DNA of 64,000 bases from the human T2T-CHM13v2.0 reference genome, Homo sapiens, in the NCBI RefSeq assembly GCF_009914755.1, contig NC_060933.1, one strand, 5' to 3'. Position numbers and translations under genes: made by a program. Below, in pieces: positions 1 to 21,235 of the stretch (position 1 is the first letter of the stretch; each line of letters opens with the position of its first letter). Below the pieces are notes generated by a model. The model did no database searches and had not been told where the DNA came from. It was given only the letters and a program-made list of their open reading frames with translations.

Positions 1-951
1 TGAAGTGTTTGAAAAAAGTGTTGAGGGCCCAGAGAGAATCCAGCTGACAAAGTCTGAGAAGGCTTCCAGGAGGAGGCTGGCAAGAAGAGAAGGCAATGCT
101 GGAGCTTGGCCATAGAGAATAAGCAAGAATTTGCCAGGCAAAGGAGAGAGAGCAGAGACTCTGCCGAAGCATCAAGCCCAAGGTGGGGACTGGGGGAGCA
201 GGCAGAGGTGAGATCAGGAGGGATGAGCCCTGAGTGCAGGAGTGAGGTGGTGGGTGGCATTGGATGGCAGTGACCGGGTTCAGGGTCAGGTTTAAGAAAG
301 CTCACTCAGGCTGCAGAGAAGGGGATGGGTTCTGGCATGGCCTCCACATGGGGATACTGGAGAGGAGGCCACTGTGACTTTGAGAGATGAGGTGTGACCT
401 GGGCAGTGGCAGCGAGAAAGGCCTGGGTCTGATGTATGGGTCAGAGGGCAAAAATGGCCAGCACAGTGATTGACTGGACTCACTGGCTGGAATTGAGGAA
501 GGGTGGAGGGCAACTACTAGTGGGTACAAGAGGGGAAATCTACTGAGAGGAGGGAAGGGAAATGGGGAGAAGGGTTGGGGCAGATGTACTCAGCTTTGGA
601 CATGCAAAGCACCCAGGTACAGAGGTCCAGGGGGTACTTGGTAACAAGTCCTGCCCTTGCCTATTTGGCCTCCCTGTCAACTGAACATGAAGCACTTTAG
701 ACACAGTGTGGCTTTGTACTGGGACCTGATTTTCCACATTCTTGCAGGGGCAGCTGTGAGGTGGTCCATACCGATCCTAAAACCTGCCAATCATGTTCCT
801 GGCTGCAGCATGGGGGTGGGAGGGTGTGGTCTCCTGGACTCTTCCACGTTGGGATGATCCAGGATTTGGGATCAAGAAACTTCATTTGTGAGTCATCTGG
901 GGGAAAAGGATCCTATCTTATGGGAACACCAGCGATAAAAATAATTGATCT

Positions 952-1251
<300 letters not shown>

Positions 1252-1731
1252 TCACTGATCTACCCAACTCACGACACAAATCTACAACACTGCATTTTCT
1301 TATTAACCCTCCTCACAGCAATTCTGTGAAAGTTTGATTTCTTGAGGCCTTCCATAATAGTCATCACAATAGTAGCTCACAAGTATTGGGTTCTGACCAT
1401 GTGCAGGCATTGTTCTAACCATTTTAGGTATATGAATTCATTTAATCCTCAAAACATCCCTAAGAAGTAGGGATAATTTATAAACCTCATCTTATGGGGA
1501 AGGAAACAAGCTCAGAAAGGTTAAACAACTTGCCTAAAGTTATATAGGACTAGGATTTGAACCCAGGCAGCCTGGCCTCAGCCCAAATTCTTGCCCTAAC
1601 TAATCCTGAGTCATATCCCTGGCTCTCTGCTTCCTTAGCAGAGGGCTCCTCCCGCTCATTCCCAGCAGGAGGGTAAAGGCTTAATCACCAGAGCCCTGGG
1701 TGTGCAGGCAGGAGGGTAGCCCATTGGGTAC

Positions 1732-1873
1732 CTAGCTCGAGGTGCAGGACGGGCCCATTCCCAGCCAGGGCGGCATCAGGGGTGGCAGGAGGTGCCGGCG
1801 GGCTGTTGTGGAATTCCCAGCGCTTCATCTGCAGCTGCTGCAGCCAGTACAGCATCGCTTGCTTGGTGGCGGC
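1732..1873 (-). CDS. TBC1D2: TBC1D2 coding exon 2 (PH-domain C-terminal helix and proline-rich linker)
   Basis: Acceptor ttctcag|GCC at 1873, in frame with exon 1. Encodes AATKQAMLYWLQQLQMKRWEFHNSPPAPPATPDAALAGNGPVLHLEL, including the conserved PH-domain Trp helix. Donor CTAG|GTACCC at 1731; 142 nt. Confidence 0.93.
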
Positions 1874-4800
1874 CTGAGAAGCACAAGGATTAGTTGGCAA
1901 GGCCCTGTGCCTGAAGGGTGGCACTGGGTGCAGGAAGAGGGGAAGGTTGTGGGAGGCTTAGGAATGCTTTCTTTCCCAGGAAAAAAAAAAGGGGGTCACT
2001 GTAGGTATGTATGCTTCCTGGCCACAGAAGATCATCAGGCTCTGGTCTCCCACTCAGCGGTTCCTTAGCTGCTCTGGGCCTCAGTTTCCTCATCTGTACT
2101 CTGGTGACAATAAGTCTCATTGCATAGGACAATGATGAGGATGAAATGAGACAAGGGTATCACACAGTATCTGACACACAGTAGGTGCTCAAAATGTGCT
2201 CACTGGATAGAGGAATTTGGAGGCGCTGTGAGAGGGGGAGGTGCACTGAATTCTGATATGCGTGGGGTCCTGGTACCATCACTATCTCTGTGTGACATCT
2301 CCAAGTCTTTGCTGCCTTTTGTGGAATAGGAGTAATCCTTGCCTTGGGGATGCACTGGAATCATGGATATGAATGGAGACTGGAAAGCCACATGCACATG
2401 TGACAACATGGTGGCACCTTCCAGGTGCTCTGGCCCTCCAAACAAGTTCATGGTAAATGCTGGTCATTAGTCTCCCAGCACTGGCTGGCGGTTGGTCCAA
2501 ACATCCACTTTCACATCCAATAACTCCTGGATTCTTCAGGAGGGAGGCAAGGCAGGAGTGAGCACCCCTTTCTACAGATGGAGAAACTAAACCTCTGAAG
2601 TTGCCCAGGCATGTGGTGGTAGAACTAGTCCCATAACCCTGGTCTAGAAGTTGGATTTTATGGCCAGGAGATTAGTGGCTTCATAAAGAAGGCCTGAGAT
2701 CAGCTGAGGTGGACTGCAGAAGATGAACAGCTCACCGGGCGTGGATGGGGATTCTCAGAGAGCTGCCTGCAATCAAGGCCACATGAGAACAACAGCGGGC
2801 TACATGGCAACAGAGGCAAACTCCCTATCTCAGGGGTTCACTGGTGTGCACTATGCAGGGGGGAGTCTGTGAAAGTGACCCTCAGGCTGTCACACAGGTA
2901 TCAATAAGATAAATGATGCCCACCAGTGTTCTCTTTCCATACACTCTCTCAGAGAGACTGCAGCACCTCCCAGGTCTTCCCCATGACCTTAATGCTGATG
3001 AGCTCCAGCCGAACCCAAATACCCCATTTTATTAACTCATTTGACAAGGGTATACTGAGCATTGACATATGTGTCAGAGATAGTGCTAGGCACTGAATAC
3101 AGGGGTGAGCCAACACACATGGTCCCTGTCCCCTTGGAACTTGAGAGTCTCCTGCAGGGGACATGTACCTGGATGTTCCATGGGCTCCTCATCCTGAGTT
3201 CCCTCCTGTCAGTGACTGACCCAACCAGGCAGTCAGCCAGTTACTCCAGCCACTCCTGACATCTCCCTCATTCTATTTCCCTACTATCCCGAGACACCTC
3301 CATTGTCCCCTTCCCCACAGCCACAGCTCTAGTTCAGCTGTCACTCTCTTCTGATCACCTTCTGATGGGCTCCCTGAGTACCAGCCTTGCCCTTCCCCTA
3401 GTTTCTTCTCTATCCAATAGTCAGACTGAGCTTTTGCTACTTGGCCTAATTTGCCAATTCCCCACCCTCGGGCCTCTGCTCTTCAACTCCATCCTTTGGG
3501 CCCCTCTGTTTTTCTGGCTCATGTGATTTGCCTGGACACTCAGGGCTGTATCATGGTTTCCTAATTTGCTCACGGTGCTCTCTTGGCCTGGAATACCTTT
3601 CTCCCTCTTGTCTGCTTGCCACCTATTTCTTCTTTCAAGCCTTGGGTGTGTCCCTCCTCCAGATGCCTTTCTGGCTAGCCCCTTCCACTTGGTGGAACTG
3701 ACTCCTCCTGTCACCACACCTTCTTGCACAGACTTATCACATGTCTCTACAGAACATTTCAGGGTGCATGCAGGTTCTCCCTCAGTCTCTCCCACCAGAC
3801 TTTAAGCTGTCAGAGAACCAGGGGTGGGGGTGCATTAGCTCCACACCCCGCCAAGCGCAGAGCCAGGAACAATGGAATACTATTATAAAGACCATGTGTT
3901 GAAGACCCTGCATACAGCAGTCAACCTGTGGAAGAGACACATAGACCCGGGAACCACATGACCTCGAAAATGCCTTCCCTGGCCAGGGATTCCTGAGTTT
4001 CATTATTTTAACCAAGTCCCCCAGCCTGGTCACCCGCCAAGTCCAGTCAGTAAAGGAGAACTGAACACGTGGGCATCCACAGATACCCACTTAGCTGGAG
4101 TTGGGGTTGGAGGGGTGGACAGATGGGGATGGGGTGGGGAAGGCTATCTCCTGGCACATTCTTCTCTGATGCCCATAGAACACTTAGCCCAGATCTGTCT
4201 TTCCAATTAAGTTATGGGACACCTCCTCTTGACATTAGCACTCTGACCTTGGTTCCATCACCTTGTGTGTGCATGTGTGCTTATGCAACAAAAAATTATT
4301 AAGTACTCCACTAGGTACCAGGCTGTATTCTAGGTGATGCAATTAATTCAACAATTTGTACATGCCTGTGATGTGTCAAATGCTTACAAACCACCTAGGT
4401 TCTGAGAGGTTAAGTAACTTGTCCAGGGTCACACAGCTAGTAAGTAGCAAATGTACAATTTGAATCCAAGCCCGTCTGATTTCAAAGAATGTGGCCTTTC
4501 TACTGCTTTAGGCTTTCTCAGTTACACATGATGATAAAACCTACCCCTTGCTGCTGATAGGAAAACAGGTTTAAGCATGCCTAGATGAACAATCTAGGCT
4601 GATCAGTGAAACCTAAGTGTTTATTTTCCTAATCCCTGCCAGTCTCTTCTCAGCATTCACTGACCTTGGCCAAAATATCAAGAAACGGGAATCAGAATCC
4701 TGGCCTTGAGAGAGGATTGCAAAGACCATATTTTGACTTACTTAGGTCCCAGGTAAGAAAGTTAAGGTAACTGCACTGTCAGGCACACCCAAAAGTAAAA

Positions 4801-5129
4801 GTTTTGATTCAGCACTGAGAGGTAGAAAGACTATGGGATTCCAAGCTACCCTACTCTCTAGACGCATGGACCTCGAGCCAGTCCTTTCATCTCCCTCTGA
4901 CTCAGTTTCTTGATCCGTAAAATGGGTCTGTCTTCCCTGCCTTGTGGGAACCCAATGAGGAAATGGGTGGGAATGCACTTTGCAAAGCACAAAGTTCTTG
5001 GAACTGTCGTCACCGACACTCCAAATTTACTGTGTCCACCTCACACTCGCGCCCAGCCTTGCCCTGCGAAAAGGGGACCTCACGCCGCTGGAAAGGAGAA
5101 AGTCGTTGCAGGAATTTACCTTCAGGGTA

Positions 5130-13218
<8,089 letters not shown>

Positions 13219-15257
13219 CACCCTAAACAATGGAGTGAGCTTCCTTAGGAAACTCATTCCAGACATAGCCCAAAGTGGCTTAGAGCACCCACGAAATTTA
13301 TCTGAAGCCTTGCTCTATACACATAAATAAATATGGGTTCATATCAGACAATTTAGTATAAAATATTTTAAATCAATTTCCAAAAAGCAAAATAGTCAAA
13401 GCCTGCCCCCAACCACCTCCCTATGAGGACTGGGGAGAGGGCCAGAGTGCATAAACCTCAGCTGGGGTGTTGGGTGTCAAGAAACGTGGCCACTGGAATT
13501 TTCATTTGCCAATTGCAATTTTTAGGGGCCTTGGCTTTCTCATCTGTAAAATAGGGATTATAATACTCCTCAGGGCATCCTGCCAGATGTCTGTGAAGAC
13601 TGAACGTAATGATGGAAAAATTTTAGTTCGGTATCCCACATCTGCACCAACACCAACATACTCAGGGTTGCTCCAGGGAAAAAAGAAAATGAAGAAGAAA
13701 AAAGATCTACGTTTTAAGTTTAGGGATATTATAAGGGAATCTCTGTTGATCTAGGTGCATCAATTGTTGTATATCCTAACAGATGCACTTCTGGTTATTA
13801 CATCAAAATATGGTCAACACCCCTCCTCACCCTCTTTGCCTTCTGCTGTGGTAGGATTAGCTGCAAGCAACAGGCTGTCAGAAAGCGACATCTTGCGGCC
13901 TTTGTGGGACCTGCCCTCCGGGACACAGTACTTGGTGTTCTCAAACTCTTGTCAAGGGCTTAAAAAAGGCACAAAGCACTACTCCCTGTCTACCCAAAAC
14001 AGTCAGGTTACTAATTTGACACCCTTAAATTCAGTATATTTTAAATGTTTGTCTAACCCATTCATTTAGTGAAGGCATGAGAAACTGATTTTCTATCAGC
14101 AAAATCATGTATTTGTGTTCAGTATAAGTTTATTACATGCACTAATAAAGCATTATACTTCAAACTATTTCGAGTTGTCTTCCATGTCAAAATGTTTTCT
14201 TCTCTTACAATGGGATAATTTTAGTTCTTTTAGTAATGAAGGAATAACTTACAGGAATGTGGTTATACAGTTTTATTAAAAATGTGTTAAAAATTTTAAG
14301 CTTTCTTTTTAGGAAAATATATACTTCCTCACATATCTATTTTTTGAATAATATCATTAATTATTAGCATTATTTATGTTTATTTGACACAGGATTTTCA
14401 AATACATATGTTTTAAAGAAATTAGGTTCACTTAAAACTATAAGTCATTTGCAAATGAGATTTCTCACTGATAGTTTTTCTATAAATATTGATTCAGACA
14501 GTGATTATTGGAAACTAGAGGAAATAGAAAGAAGGTTTGGTTTTGCATGAATACCTGATAATATAACATGATCTCAGAGGCCAAAATGGTCTCCCCAAGC
14601 TACCTGGCAGGATCATTGTAATAATGACCTCTCCATCAGTCAAATCTTGCTTCACTGAACATAATGGAAATTCAGTTCCGCATGCCAAGCACAGCATTTT
14701 AGGTACAGAAACTTGAGCAAAATACCCGACACTGCAGACATTGAACATTCTCCTATTTTATATTCCATCTGAAATTCTGAATGTGAAACAGATTCTGCAG
14801 AAGGAACTTCAGTTCCAGAGAAACTTTCTTTTAAAGTTATTGTATATTTTAAGAATGAAACAACATGGGGGCTATTTTTAGTTTGATTTTTATAAATTTA
14901 TAACCAAGAGAAAAGAAAAACTAGACTTCTGTGTTTTATGTTCTTGGTATGCTTGGCAAGAAATGTAGCAAAGTCATTTAATGGGTAGAGAAAAGAAAGT
15001 TCCATGGGATATTAGATATCAAATCTTGGCAGTATTTTCGTATATTTTCTAATGTTTCTGGGTCAGGTCACCTGGATTTGAATTCTGGCTCCATCACTCA
15101 CTCCATCACTCAAGGTTAACTTAGAGTTAACCTCTCTGTGCCTGAGTTTCTTTGTATAATTATGGCACCTATCCCATAGTGTTGTTATGTGACTATGTGA
15201 GACAAAATGTGTCAAGTGTTTAGCACAAGAAGCATTTAACAGATGTCAGCTACTAAC

Positions 15258-15669
15258 TTTCATGTGCGTCCGTGTGAAGAGACCACCATACCAAACAGGC
15301 TTTGTGTGAGCAACAGGGCTGTTTATTTCACCTGGGTGCAGGTGGGCTGAGTCTGAAAAGAGAGTCAGCCAGCGAAGGGAGATAGGGGTGGGGCCGTTTT
15401 AAAGGATTTGGGTAGGTAAAGGAAAAAAGGGGGGTTGTTCTCTGGCGGGCAGGAGTGGGGGTCACAAGGTGCTCAGTAGGGGAGCTTTTGAGCCAGGATG
15501 AGCCAGGAGAAGGAATTTCACAAGATAATGTCATCAGTTAAGGCAGGAACAGGCCATTTTCACTTCTTTTGTGGTGGAATGTCATCAGTTAAGGCAGGAA
15601 CCGGCCATCTGGATGTGTACGTGCAGGTCATGGGATATGATGGCTTAGCTTGGGCTCAGAGGCCTGACA
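15258..15669 (-). mobile_element. HERV-H 3' LTR (LTR7)
   Basis: Minus strand runs TGTCAGGCCTCTGAGCCCAAGC...CACACGGACGCACATGAAA. AATAAA at 15327-15322; TATA box mutated to CCTTTAAAA (~15405-15397). Confidence 0.95.
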
Positions 15670-16349
15670 TTCCTGTCTTCATATATTAATAAGAAAAATA
15701 AAATGAAATAGTGGTAGAATGTTGGGACGGTGAAAATTTTTGGGGGTGTTATGGAGAGACAATGGGCGATGTTTCTCAGGGCTGCTTTGAGCGGGATTAG
15801 GGGAGGTGTAGGAACCTAAAGCGGGAGAGATTAAGCTGAAGGAAGATTTTGTGGTAAGGGATGATATTGTGGGGTTGTTAGAAGAAACATTTGTCATTTA
15901 GAATTATTGGTGATGGTCTGGATATGGTTTTGTATGAATTGAAAAGCTAAATGGAATAAGAGAAGGAGAAAGACAAGTATTAAAGGTCTAAGAATTGGGA
16001 GGACCTAAGACATCTAATTAGAGAGTGCCTAAGGAGATTCAGCATAGTCCTGCCAGCAAAGATTATTTATTTACTTTAAGAGTTAAGACTGGCAGTTTGG
16101 GGATAGCACCAGGAGATATCAGCTGTGATGGCTTGGAGAAACAGTGTAAACAAGAGCAGGGCATGTATGAGTAGTTGAGAACGGTGAATAGGAGTATGAC
16201 TAGACAGGAGATAGTAGGGATGACAAGTTTTTTGGGGCACAGTCCAAGTTGGTCTGGTGTCTGGAATGAGACTGGGGCCTAATAAAAAGGAGCGTCTATA
16301 CAGGAACTTAAATGGGCTGTACCTTGTAGCATTCTGAGGACAGGCCTGA

Positions 16350-16741
<392 letters not shown>

Positions 16742-18004
16742 TGAGGTGTGTTTTTAAAAGACCATTAGTCCATTCTACCTTTCCTGAAGACTGAGGACTG
16801 TAAGGATTATAAAGGTTTCACTGAATACCAAGAGCCTGAAAAAAAATGCTTGGCTGATTTGACTAATAAAGGCCAGTCTGCTATCGGACTGTATAGAGGT
16901 GGGAAGGCCAAACCAAGGAATTATATCTGACAGAAGGGAAGAAATGACCGTGGTGGTCTTCTTAGACCCTGTGGGAAAGGCCTCTACCTATCCAGTGAAA
17001 GTGTCTACCTAGACCAAGAGGTATTTTAGTTTCCTGACTCAGGGCATGTTGAGCAAAGTCAATTTGCCAGTCCTGGGTGGGGGCAAATCTCTAAGCTTGA
17101 TGTGTAGGGAAGGGAGGGGGCCTGAATAATCCCTGAGAAGTTGTAGAATAGCAGACGGAACACTGAGAAGTGATTTCCTTGAGGATAGATTTCCACGATG
17201 GAAAGGAAATGAGAGGTTCTAAGAGGCAGGCTAGTGGCTTGTACTATAGCACAGCCTGCCTTTGCTGGTGTGTGGCGATTAGGCCTGATGGAACTGCCAT
17301 CAATAAACCAAGTGTGATCAGGGTGAGGAACAGGAAAGAAGGAAATATGGGGAAATGGGGTGAATGTCAGGTGGATCAGAGAGATACAGTCATGGGGGTC
17401 AGGTGTGGTATCAGGAATAATGTGGGAGGCCGGATTAAATCTGGGCCAGGAACAATGGTAATTGTGGGAGACTCAACAAAGAGTGAGTACAGCTGAAGGA
17501 GCCGGGGAGCAGAAAGTATATGTGTCAGGTGGGAGGAAGAAAATAGATTTTGGAAGTTATGAGAACTGTAGAGAGTGAGTTGAGCATAGTTTGTGATTTT
17601 AAGGGCCTCTAAAAGTATTAGGGCGGTGGCGGCTGCAGCACGCAGACTTGAGGGCTAGGCAAAACAGTAAGGTCAAATTGTTTGGATAAAAAGGCTACAG
17701 GGCGCGGTCCCGGTTCTTGTGTAAGAATTCTGACTGCACAGCCCTGCACTCCAGCTGTGGGTAATGAAAAGGGTTGGGATCATTCAGGGAGATCTAGGGT
17801 AGGGGCAGTCTCTAAAGTTGTCTTCAGGGAACAGAAAGGAGTGGGGAAAGGATTTAGGATCTATGGGGTCAGCTAGGTTTCCTTTTGTGAGTTTACATAA
17901 TGGTTTTGTTAGGATGGCAAAACCAAGTATCTAAAGTCAAAAGTATCCAACCATGCCTAGGAAGGAAAGGAGTTGTTTTGTAGAAGGTGCTGGGGTTTAA
18001 GAGA

Positions 18005-19230
18005 TCAGTCGGACACGATCGGCAGGGAGAGCACGTGTGTTTTTATGAGAATTATGCCGAGATAGGTAACAGATGAGGAAGAAATTTGGGCTTGACTGAA
18101 GTAATGGGGGCTATCTGTGAAGCTTTGCGGCAGTACAGCACAGGTGATTTGCTGAGCCTGATGGGTGTCAGGGTCAGTCCAAGTGAAAGTGAAGAGAGGC
18201 TGGGATGAAGGGTGCAAAGGAATAGTAAAGAAAGCATGTTTGAGATCCAGAACAGAATAATGGGTTGTGGAGGGAGGTATTGAGCATAGGAGAGTATATG
18301 GGTTTGGCACCACGGGGTGGATAGGCAAAACAATTTGGTTGATAAGACGCAGATCCTGAACTAACCTGTAAGCCTTGCCTGGTTTTAGGACAGGTAAAAT
18401 GGGGGAATTGTAAGGGGAGTTTATAGGCTTTAAAAGGCCATGCTGTAGCAGGCGATTGATAAGACTTTAATCCTTTTAAAGCGTGCTAAGGGATGGGATA
18501 TTGGCATTGAGCGGGATAAGGGTGATTAGGTTTTAATGGGATGGTAAGGGGTGCATGATCGGTCGCCAAGGAGGGAGTAGAGGTGTCCTATACTTGTGGG
18601 CTAAGGTGGGGAGATACAAGGGGAGGATGTGAAGGAGGCTTTGAACTGGGGGAAAAGGCAGCAATGAGGTGTGGCTGTAGCCCAGGAATAGTCAGGGAAG
18701 CAGATAATTTAAATTTAGTTAAAGTGTCTCGGCCTAATAAGGGAACAGGGCAGGTGGGGATAACTAAAAAGGAGTGCTTAAAAGAGTATTGTCTAAGTTG
18801 GCACCAGAGTTGAGGAGTTTTAAGAGGTTTAGAAGCCTGGCCGTCAGTACCTGCAATAGTTACGGAGGCAAGGGAAACAAGCCTTTGAAAAGAAGGTAAT
18901 GTGGAGTGGGTTGCCTCTGTATTGATTAAGAAGGGGACAGACTTACCCTCCACTGTGAGAGTTACCCAGAGCGTCTGTGATGGTCCTGTAGGCTTTTGAG
19001 GCGATCTGGCAGTGTCAGTCTTCAGCTGCTAAGCTGAGAAGATCTGGGAAGGAGTCAGAGAGCCTTGGGCCAGAGTTCTAGGGGCCCTGAGAGTGGCTGC
19101 CAGGTGAGTTGAACAGTCCGATTTTCAGTTGGGTCCTGCACAGATGGGACACGGCTTAGGAGGAATCCCGGGCTGTGGGCATTCCTTGGCCTAGTGGCCA
19201 GATTTCCGGCACTTGTAGCAAGCTCCTGGG
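18005..19230 (-). pseudogene. Decayed HERV-H gag NC, protease and reverse-transcriptase remnants
   Basis: Zinc knuckle GACYKCRKSGH*AKECP with TAG at 19193-19191. Protease FLINTEATHS lacks the catalytic DTG. RT PVVPNPYTLL...VLDLKHAFFTIPL...LPQSFTDSP joins directly to VTYLGI, so the YxDD segment is deleted. Confidence 0.88.
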
Positions 19231-20361
19231 GGAGGAGGTTCTGAAGGAAACTCTGGCCACTGCGGTTTAGGTGTTTGGAAGTTCTTGTGTGCTGGAGATG
19301 TGGCTGGGGTTTGTCTCACAGTGGAGGCAAGGAATTGCAACTCAGAAATATGTTGCTACTTGGCTGCCTCTACTTTATTATTGTACACCTTAAAGGCGAG
19401 GTTAATTAAGTCCTGTTGTGGGGTTTGAGGGCTGGAATTTAATTTTTGGAGTTTTATTTAATGTCAGGAGCGGATTGGGTAATAAAATGTATATTGAGAA
19501 TAAGACGGCCTTTTGACCTTTTAGGGTCTAGGGCTGTAAAGCGTCTCAGGGTTGCTGCCGAACGAGCCATGAACTGGGCTGGATTTTTCATATTTGATGA
19601 AAAAGCCTGAACGCTAACTGATTTGAGAGAGGTCGGATAAAGAAAAAGGAGCATTAACCTTGACTGTGCCTTTAGCTCCAGCCACCTTTTTAAGAGGAAA
19701 TTGCTGGGAAGGTTGGGGCGGGCTAGTCACAGAATGAAACTGTAAGCCAGACCGGGTGTGAGGAGGGGAGGTGATAAAAGGATTATAGGGTGTGGGAGCA
19801 GAGGCCGAGGAAGAATTGAGACCTGGCTCGGCCTGGCGAGGAGCAGCCTGGGGAAGAGGGGAGAGGTCAGATGGGTCTGTAGAAAAGGAAGATTAGAAAG
19901 ACTCAGCGATGCTTGGGGTTGGGACTGAGAGGACAGGCGGGAGGGAAAGAAGGAGGATTTGGGACGAGTCGCATTGGGAACAGAGAGAAGGGAGGGAACA
20001 GTGTGTAAAAGAATGCCTGGACGTCAGGCACCTCAGACCATTTGCCCATTTTATGACAAGAATCATCTCGATCTTGTAGGATGGAAAAATCAAAAGTGCT
20101 GTTTTCTGGCTATTTGGAGCCATTGTCAAGTTTCTATTGGGGCCAAGCGGTGTTGCAGAAGAAAATAAGATGCTTAGATTTTAGGTCAGGCGAGAGTTGA
20201 AGAGGTTTTAAGTTCTTAAGAACACAGGCTAAGGGAGAAGAAGGAGGAATGGAGGGTGGAAGGTTGCCTATAGTGAAGGAGGCAAGTTTAAAGAGAAGGG
20301 TAGAGACACGGAGAAGGGGGTGGGGAACAGCCCTGGGCTGCAATGTGGGCGAGCAGCCAAA

Positions 20362-20578
20362 GCAGGCGTCCCCGCAATTGACTCGCCACCAAGGGAATGT
20401 GGGTGAATGATCAAGGCAGGCGTCCCCGCAATTGACTTGCCACCAAGGGAATGTGGGTGAATGATCAAGGCAGGTGTCCCCGCAATTGACTCGCCACCAA
20501 GGGAATGTGGGTGAATGATCAAGGCAGGTGTCCCCGCAGAGATCAGACACCAGTGGAACGTGGGTGAATAATCAGAGA
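20362..20578. repeat. 54-bp tandem repeat in the HERV-H leader (3 near-identical units plus 1 degenerate)
   Basis: Unit GCAGG(C/T)GTCCCCGCAATTGACT(C/T)GCCACCAAGGGAATGTGGGTGAATGATCAAG starts at 20362, 20416 and 20470; a degenerate unit starts at 20524. Confidence 0.93.
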
Positions 20579-20922
20579 GCTGTCCTTGCAATGATTAAAC
20601 ACCAAGGGAAGGCTGCCTTCCTGAGTCCGTGACCGGTGCTGGAGTTTTGGGTCCACGGATAAAATGTGTCTCCTTTGTCTCTACCAGAAAATGAAAGGAA
20701 TTGAAATTAAGAGAAGGGAGATTGAAGTGTGGCACCAAGATTGAAAGGAGAAAGAGGTTGAGGGATCGTGAGAGAGGTTGGAGAAGAAAGTAAAAACAGG
20801 CCGCTTACTGTATTTGAAATTGGTGAGATGTTCCTTGGGCTGGTCGGTCTGAGGACCCAAGGTCATAGGTGGATCTTTCTCAAGGGGGGACAGGGGATTG
20901 ATATCCCAAGGGAGGTCCCCCG

Positions 20923-20940
20923 ATCCGAGTCATGGCACCA
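20923..20940 (-). other. Primer-binding site complementary to tRNA-His
   Basis: TGGTGCCATGACTCGGAT, 17/18 match to the tRNA-His PBS (TGGTGCCGTGACTCGGAT), 2 nt from the LTR end. Confidence 0.92.
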
Positions 20941-20942
20941 AA

Positions 20943-21235
20943 TTTCATGTGTGTCTGTGTGAAGAGACCACCAAACAGGCTTTGTGTGAGCAACAAGGCT
21001 GTTTATTTCACCTGGGTGCAGGTGGGCTGAGTCCGAAAAGAGAGCCAGCGAAGGGAGATAGGGGTGGGCCGTTTTATAGGATTTGGGTAGGTAAAGGAAA
21101 AAAGGGGGGTTGTTCTCTGGCGGGCAGGAATGAGGGTCACAAGGTGCTCAGTAGGGGAGTTTTTGAGCCAGGATGAGCCAGGAGAAGGAATTCCACAAGA
21201 TAATATCATCAGTTAAGTTAGGAACAGACCATTTT
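20943..21235 (-). mobile_element. HERV-H 5' LTR (LTR7), missing the first ~109 bp of U3
   Basis: Colinear with 15258-15560 and shares with it a private loss of TTACAGTC that the two solo LTRs retain. TATAAAA intact (~21078-21072); AATAAA at 21007-21002. Confidence 0.92.

Noticed and set aside
13740-15050. AT-rich unique sequence with 77-104 aa ORFs, and similar unique sequence at 21250-22360
   Set aside because: No recognisable domain, consistent splice pattern or poly(A)/TSD; I cannot support a pseudogene call without a homology search.
18005-18953. Possible functional retroviral protease or reverse transcriptase
   Set aside because: The protease catalytic DTG reads NTE, the RT YxDD region is deleted, and gag has in-frame stops.
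20134-20591. ORFs with an 18-aa repeat (CGDTCLDHSPTFPWW...) that resemble a repeat protein or a CRISPR-like array
   Set aside because: They come from the 54-bp head-to-tail HERV-H leader repeat. There are no unique spacers and the context is eukaryotic.
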